Of a stretch of 64,000 nucleotides of DNA, positions 60,072 to 64,000 are shown one piece after another. Numbering within the stretch: position 1 is the first letter of the stretch; each line of letters starts with the position of its first letter. A program made the position numbers and the translations under genes. The stretch is taken from NCBI GenBank assembly GCA_024763535.1, contig JANTFH010000005.1, positions 4,612 through 68,611 on the forward strand, in the 5' to 3' direction. This DNA comes from Thermodesulfobacteriota bacterium (GTDB taxonomy: Bacteria > Desulfobacterota > Anaeroferrophillalia > Anaeroferrophillales > Tharpellaceae). The notes under the pieces are model-generated. The model had not been told where the DNA came from. It saw nothing but the letters and a program-made list of their open reading frames with translations, and ran no database searches.

Positions 60072-60956
60072 ATGGATTTCAGCGATAAAACGGTTGCGAT
60101 TCTGGGCTCAGGCAGGGTTGGTTCAGCTCTGGCAATTTTACTGAGCCGTAATAGGTTTCGTGAAGTACGGGCTTATGACCGCAACCTGGAAAAACAGCAG
60201 ACATTACGGGAATGGCCTGGAGTCACGATTGTTCTCTCCTCTACCCTGTCGGAGGCAGTAACTGGGGCCGACCTGATTTTTCTGGCGGTTCAGGATCGCT
60301 ATATCTCTGAGTTGGCCCGGGAACTTGCGGCCGTTTCGGGCGAGGCCGGCTGGCAGGGTAAGTTCGTGGCCCATTTAAGCGGCTCCTTAACCTCTGCGGT
60401 TTTACAGCCGCTGGCTTCTGCCGGAGCCTTGACCTGTTCTCTGCATCCGCTGCAGAGTCTGGCCGGGGTCGCGGGGGCGGTTGAAGGGCTGGCGGGTTCC
60501 TGTTTCTCCTTTGAAGGTGATTCCGGGGCCCTGGCGCCGGCGGAATTTGTGGTTTCCGTTCTGGACGGGCATTTAGTGCCTCTTAAGGCTGACGACAAGG
60601 TTCTTTATCATGCCGCCGCAGTCGTTGCCTCAAACTTTTTTATTGTGCTTGAGGATATGGCGATTACCCTGATGAGTGGTATCGGGGTTGACCGGGATAC
60701 CGCCCGGCGGATGCTTTTGCCTTTGATTCGCGGCAGTTTTGAGAATCTCGAACGGGTTGATCCGGTTGAGGCCTTGACCGGCCCGATTGTCCGCGGAGAT
60801 GACCGGACTGTAGCCGCCCACCTGGAGACTCTGGCGGATAAATTCCCCGATTATCTTAAAGCCTATCGTCTGCTTGCGGGCTTGAATATTGAGCTTGCCG
60901 GTCAGAAAAGCGGGGTCGGTTACGCTGACTTCCCATCTTTAAGCGGCAACTCATGA
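60072..60956 (+). CDS. Rossmann-like + DUF2520 oxidoreductase (PanG-type ketopantoate reductase candidate)
   Basis: ILGSGRVGSAL, AHLSGS, SLHPLQSL, LYHAAAVVASNF, ALTGPIVRGD..VAAHL. Confidence 0.88.
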   Translation: MDFSDKTVAILGSGRVGSALAILLSRNRFREVRAYDRNLEKQQTLREWPGVTIVLSSTLSEAVTGADLIFLAVQDRYISELARELAAVSGEAGWQGKFVAHLSGSLTSAVLQPLASAGALTCSLHPLQSLAGVAGAVEGLAGSCFSFEGDSGALAPAEFVVSVLDGHLVPLKADDKVLYHAAAVVASNFFIVLEDMAITLMSGIGVDRDTARRMLLPLIRGSFENLERVDPVEALTGPIVRGDDRTVAAHLETLADKFPDYLKAYRLLAGLNIELAGQKSGVGYADFPSLSGNS

Positions 60957-60975
60957 ACCCGGACCCTATGATAAT

Positions 60976-62802
60976 ATGACTTCCTACTCCTTTCCCCCGG
61001 AATTTATTGCTGATTTGCGATCTCGAGTTGATATCGTCGGGCTTGTCAGCGACTACGTGGCATTGACTAAAGCCGGGGCCAATTATAAAGGTCTGTGTCC
61101 GTTTCATGGTGAAAAGACGCCCTCATTTACGGTACACGAGGGCAAGGGAATTTTTCACTGTTTCGGTTGCGGGGTTGGGGGAGATGCGATCAGTTTTTTG
61201 AAGCGGATAGAAAATTTATCCTATCCTGAAACTCTGGTACGTCTGGCAACCCGCACCGGTATCGATATTTCACCCTATGAACGGCGCCGGGGCAGTCTTG
61301 CGGCCCAGGAGAAGGCCCGTAGCGAGCGTGAGGGTTTGACTCAGGCCGTCGCCTGCGCCCAGGATTTTTTTGTCCGCCAGCTGCAGGCTAATCTTCAGGG
61401 TAAGGTGGGGGGTTATCTTAAAAAACGCGGCATCAGCCCGGAGGCCGCCCGGAAATTCGGTCTCGGTTTTGCTCCGGATGCCTGGTCCGCTTTGAAAGAT
61501 GAATTTCGCCGGCGGCGGGTTGATGAAAAGATGGCGGTGGCTGCCGGGCTACTGGTGCAGAAAGAGGGCAGCAACCGCCGCTATGACCGTTTTCGTGAGC
61601 GTCTGATATTTCCGATTCGCGATGTTGCCGGTACGGTTGTCGGTTTCGGCGGACGTTCTCTGGGTGATGGTGAACCCAAATATCTGAATAGTCCGGAATC
61701 CCTGATTTTTAACAAACGGCGGCTTTTGTATGATCTGCATCATGCCCGCCCCGCGATTGCTAAAAGCGGTTCGGCTTTTCTGGTTGAGGGCTATATGGAT
61801 GCGCTCTCACTCTATCTGCGCGGGATCGACAATGTGGTCGCGACTTTAGGCACGGCGCTCTCCGAAGAGAATGTGGCCGCGGTTAAACGTTACACCCGTA
61901 AGGTGGCGGTTTTTTTTGATAATGACAGGGCCGGCCGGGCCGCGGCTTTTCGCTCGCTGCCGCTGTTTATGGCTCAGGGTATTATGCCCGACATCGTCCT
62001 CCTGCCGGAGGGGGTGAAAGATCCGGATCAGCTGGCATCGGGTCTCGATGATAGCGGTCTGGAGCAGGCTCTGACCCGGCAGATGCCGCTTTTTGACCTT
62101 TTTCTCAGCGAAAAAGGGATAGGGCTTACCGCTTACAGTGATCGTCTCCAGTTTCTGCGTGAGGTAATTGAGATGATCATCCGGCTGCCGGATGAACCTC
62201 TGCGCGGAATGGCTTTAAGGGCGACGGCTGAGAGCCTGCACCTGGCGGAAGAGATTGTTCTGGATGAGTACCGCCGGCTGCGCCGATCCCGGCATAAACA
62301 GACGGGGCGGCGGGGAAATTCTTCACCGAGTGAAACAACGGCCCGTCCCGATTTGCAGGGTGAATGCCGGCTGACCGGAGGCTCCGGGTCGCCGCTTCCG
62401 GATGAGATTGTACTGGCTACATTTCTGCTTTTTCCCATGCTTTTGGAAGAGTTTGCCGGTGACTATCGGGAGAATGTTGAAAATTCGGAATGTCGGCGGT
62501 TGTTTCAGGAATTCGAAGCTTGTGTCGCAGAGGATGGTGACCTTTCACAGAGGCTTTTTGTTAGAGGCGAGGATGACTCTTTAAGTTCTCTTTATGCCCG
62601 GCTGCTTAATCTGCCGGCTCCGGCGGAGGATCTGATTACGGCCCGCAAGGTGGTTGCGGACTGCCTGTTGAGTCTGCGGCAGCGTAAAACCAGCCGGGCA
62701 TCCCGTGAACTTGACCGGGAATTGACCGGCTGTAGTGATGATGAGCAGATGTTCGAGCTGCTGCGGCGGAAGATGGAGCTTAAAAAGAGGCTGATGGCAT
62801 AA
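60976..62802 (+). CDS. dnaG: DNA primase
   Basis: GLCPFHGEKTPSF..FHCFGC, DRFRERLIFPI, PKYLNSPE, VEGYMD, VATLGTAL, FDNDRAG, KDPD. Confidence 0.97.
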   Translation: MTSYSFPPEFIADLRSRVDIVGLVSDYVALTKAGANYKGLCPFHGEKTPSFTVHEGKGIFHCFGCGVGGDAISFLKRIENLSYPETLVRLATRTGIDISPYERRRGSLAAQEKARSEREGLTQAVACAQDFFVRQLQANLQGKVGGYLKKRGISPEAARKFGLGFAPDAWSALKDEFRRRRVDEKMAVAAGLLVQKEGSNRRYDRFRERLIFPIRDVAGTVVGFGGRSLGDGEPKYLNSPESLIFNKRRLLYDLHHARPAIAKSGSAFLVEGYMDALSLYLRGIDNVVATLGTALSEENVAAVKRYTRKVAVFFDNDRAGRAAAFRSLPLFMAQGIMPDIVLLPEGVKDPDQLASGLDDSGLEQALTRQMPLFDLFLSEKGIGLTAYSDRLQFLREVIEMIIRLPDEPLRGMALRATAESLHLAEEIVLDEYRRLRRSRHKQTGRRGNSSPSETTARPDLQGECRLTGGSGSPLPDEIVLATFLLFPMLLEEFAGDYRENVENSECRRLFQEFEACVAEDGDLSQRLFVRGEDDSLSSLYARLLNLPAPAEDLITARKVVADCLLSLRQRKTSRASRELDRELTGCSDDEQMFELLRRKMELKKRLMA

Positions 62803-62935
62803 TGGCTACTCGTTTCGGCGACTTATAAGTTACCGGTTTGCGGGGAAACAGATTAACTTTTGGCTGCGGGATTTAAGTCCGTACCGGAAAATTTTTTATT
62901 ATTTAAGATAAATCAGCGTTGAGAATGAGGTGAAA

Positions 62936-64000
62936 ATGTCGGCGACATCAAGTGGTGCAGCTCAGGTGGCAAAAAATGCGAAAGGCAGCGAGACGATCAT
63001 TAATTCTGATGATATCAAGGCTTTGATCCTGCAGGGCAAGGAAAATGGTTTAATCTCTTATGCTCAGATAAATGATGTTCTGCCGGCGGAAGCTGTTTCT
63101 CCTGAGAAGATTGATGAAATGTTGGTACTCTTTGCCGAGATGGGTATCGAGGTGGTTGATGCTGATAAGCAGGCCAAGATTGTGGCTGCCGGTGAAATCG
63201 ATAAGGCGGCCGAGGCCACCCAGACCGTGACGACGGAAAGTTCTTCCGAGCGGCATCACGACCCGGTCAGGATGTATCTCTGGGAGATGGGCTCGGTACC
63301 GCTTTTAACCCGTGAGGGTGAAGTAGAAATTGCCAAAAAAATCGATGAGGGCGAGCGTGAAGTTATCAAAGCCATGCTTAAATCAGCCTTGACGGTTAAA
63401 GCTTTAAATACTATCGGAGGTCTGCTCTCCTCTGAGGAGATTCCGGTTAAAGCGGTCAGCCGGGATATTGAGGAGGAGGTCGAAATTGACGAGGATATCG
63501 ACTCCGGCCTGGTTTCCCTGGAGGAGGATGACGAGGTCGATGTCGATGTCGAGGCCGCAACTCCCGAAGACGGTGCTGAGCTTGAGGAACAGAAAGAGGT
63601 TGCCGAGCTGATCGCTTCCGAGAGTGAGATTGTGCAGGATGATGAAACTCTGGTTGAGAGAATTATCAACTCGATTGAGACCATCAATACTCTTTTTTAT
63701 GAAAACCGTAAACTTCGCAACCGTTTGAAACGGCCCGACCCGGAGTTGCGTTCATCCGTTAAAAGAAGTGCTTTAAGGGGGCTTATTAAAGCCAATGAGC
63801 GTGAAATTATGCTCCAGTTTCACGCGCTTAAATTAAAGCCGGAAGTAATTGAAGATATCATCAGCAGTTTGAAAAGTTATGTGGATATGGGGCGCAATCT
63901 GGAGAAGATGGTGGCCCGTCTCGAGGCTCGTTACCAGATGCGGCTTAGAAATCTGCGCATGACCTGTAAGGAGTGTCTTAAGAAAGAGAAGAAACGGCAG
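62936..64000 (+). CDS. rpoD: RNA polymerase primary sigma factor (runs off right edge)
   Basis: Absent from the ORF track. From ATG 62936 (GAGG RBS): LILQGKENGLISYAQINDVLP (region 1.1), DPVRMYLWEMGSVPLLTREGEVEIAKKIDEG (region 1.2), then an acidic stretch. Follows dnaG. Confidence 0.95.
   Translation, partial: MSATSSGAAQVAKNAKGSETIINSDDIKALILQGKENGLISYAQINDVLPAEAVSPEKIDEMLVLFAEMGIEVVDADKQAKIVAAGEIDKAAEATQTVTTESSSERHHDPVRMYLWEMGSVPLLTREGEVEIAKKIDEGEREVIKAMLKSALTVKALNTIGGLLSSEEIPVKAVSRDIEEEVEIDEDIDSGLVSLEEDDEVDVDVEAATPEDGAELEEQKEVAELIASESEIVQDDETLVERIINSIETINTLFYENRKLRNRLKRPDPELRSSVKRSALRGLIKANEREIMLQFHALKLKPEVIEDIISSLKSYVDMGRNLEKMVARLEARYQMRLRNLRMTCKECLKKEKKRQ

Noticed and set aside
1-64000. 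CRISPR arrays, tRNA/rRNA (including selC), transposases, integrases and phage genes
   Set aside because: None recognised on reading. The intergenic gaps are short, and a covariance-model scan would be needed to exclude small RNAs.

Overview
Chromosomal window from an anaerobic bacterium, probably deltaproteobacterial/Desulfobacterota-like (inferred from gene content). No tRNA, rRNA, CRISPR or mobile element was recognised. The main signal is four genes that the ORF track splits or truncates at an in-frame TGA, each followed by a SECIS-like hairpin. They are a UshA-fold/tetraheme protein (CGU, 3665), NuoB (GLA-U-C at the N2 cluster ligands, 9143), a formate dehydrogenase alpha subunit (CARL-U-H, 14568) and a CxxCH-containing beta-barrel next to a decaheme cytochrome (59355). 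Two of these lie in a variant Complex I operon, nuoA-B(Sec)-C-D-[SfrB/GltD-like flavoprotein]-[FDH alpha (Sec)]-H-I-J-K-L-M-N, where the NuoEFG module is replaced. The operon is divergent from a 16-18-heme membrane-anchored cytochrome. The rest holds hemL, livKHMGF, serA, an orphan ParA with a repeat-motif partner, pabC-like, recQ, an HDOD kinase, LPS genes, ribD, nrdR, an rpiB-glyA fusion, a fab cluster lacking fabH, rpmF, etfB-etfA-acyl-CoA dehydrogenase, DUF2520, dnaG and rpoD. All calls come from reading the sequence; no searches were run.
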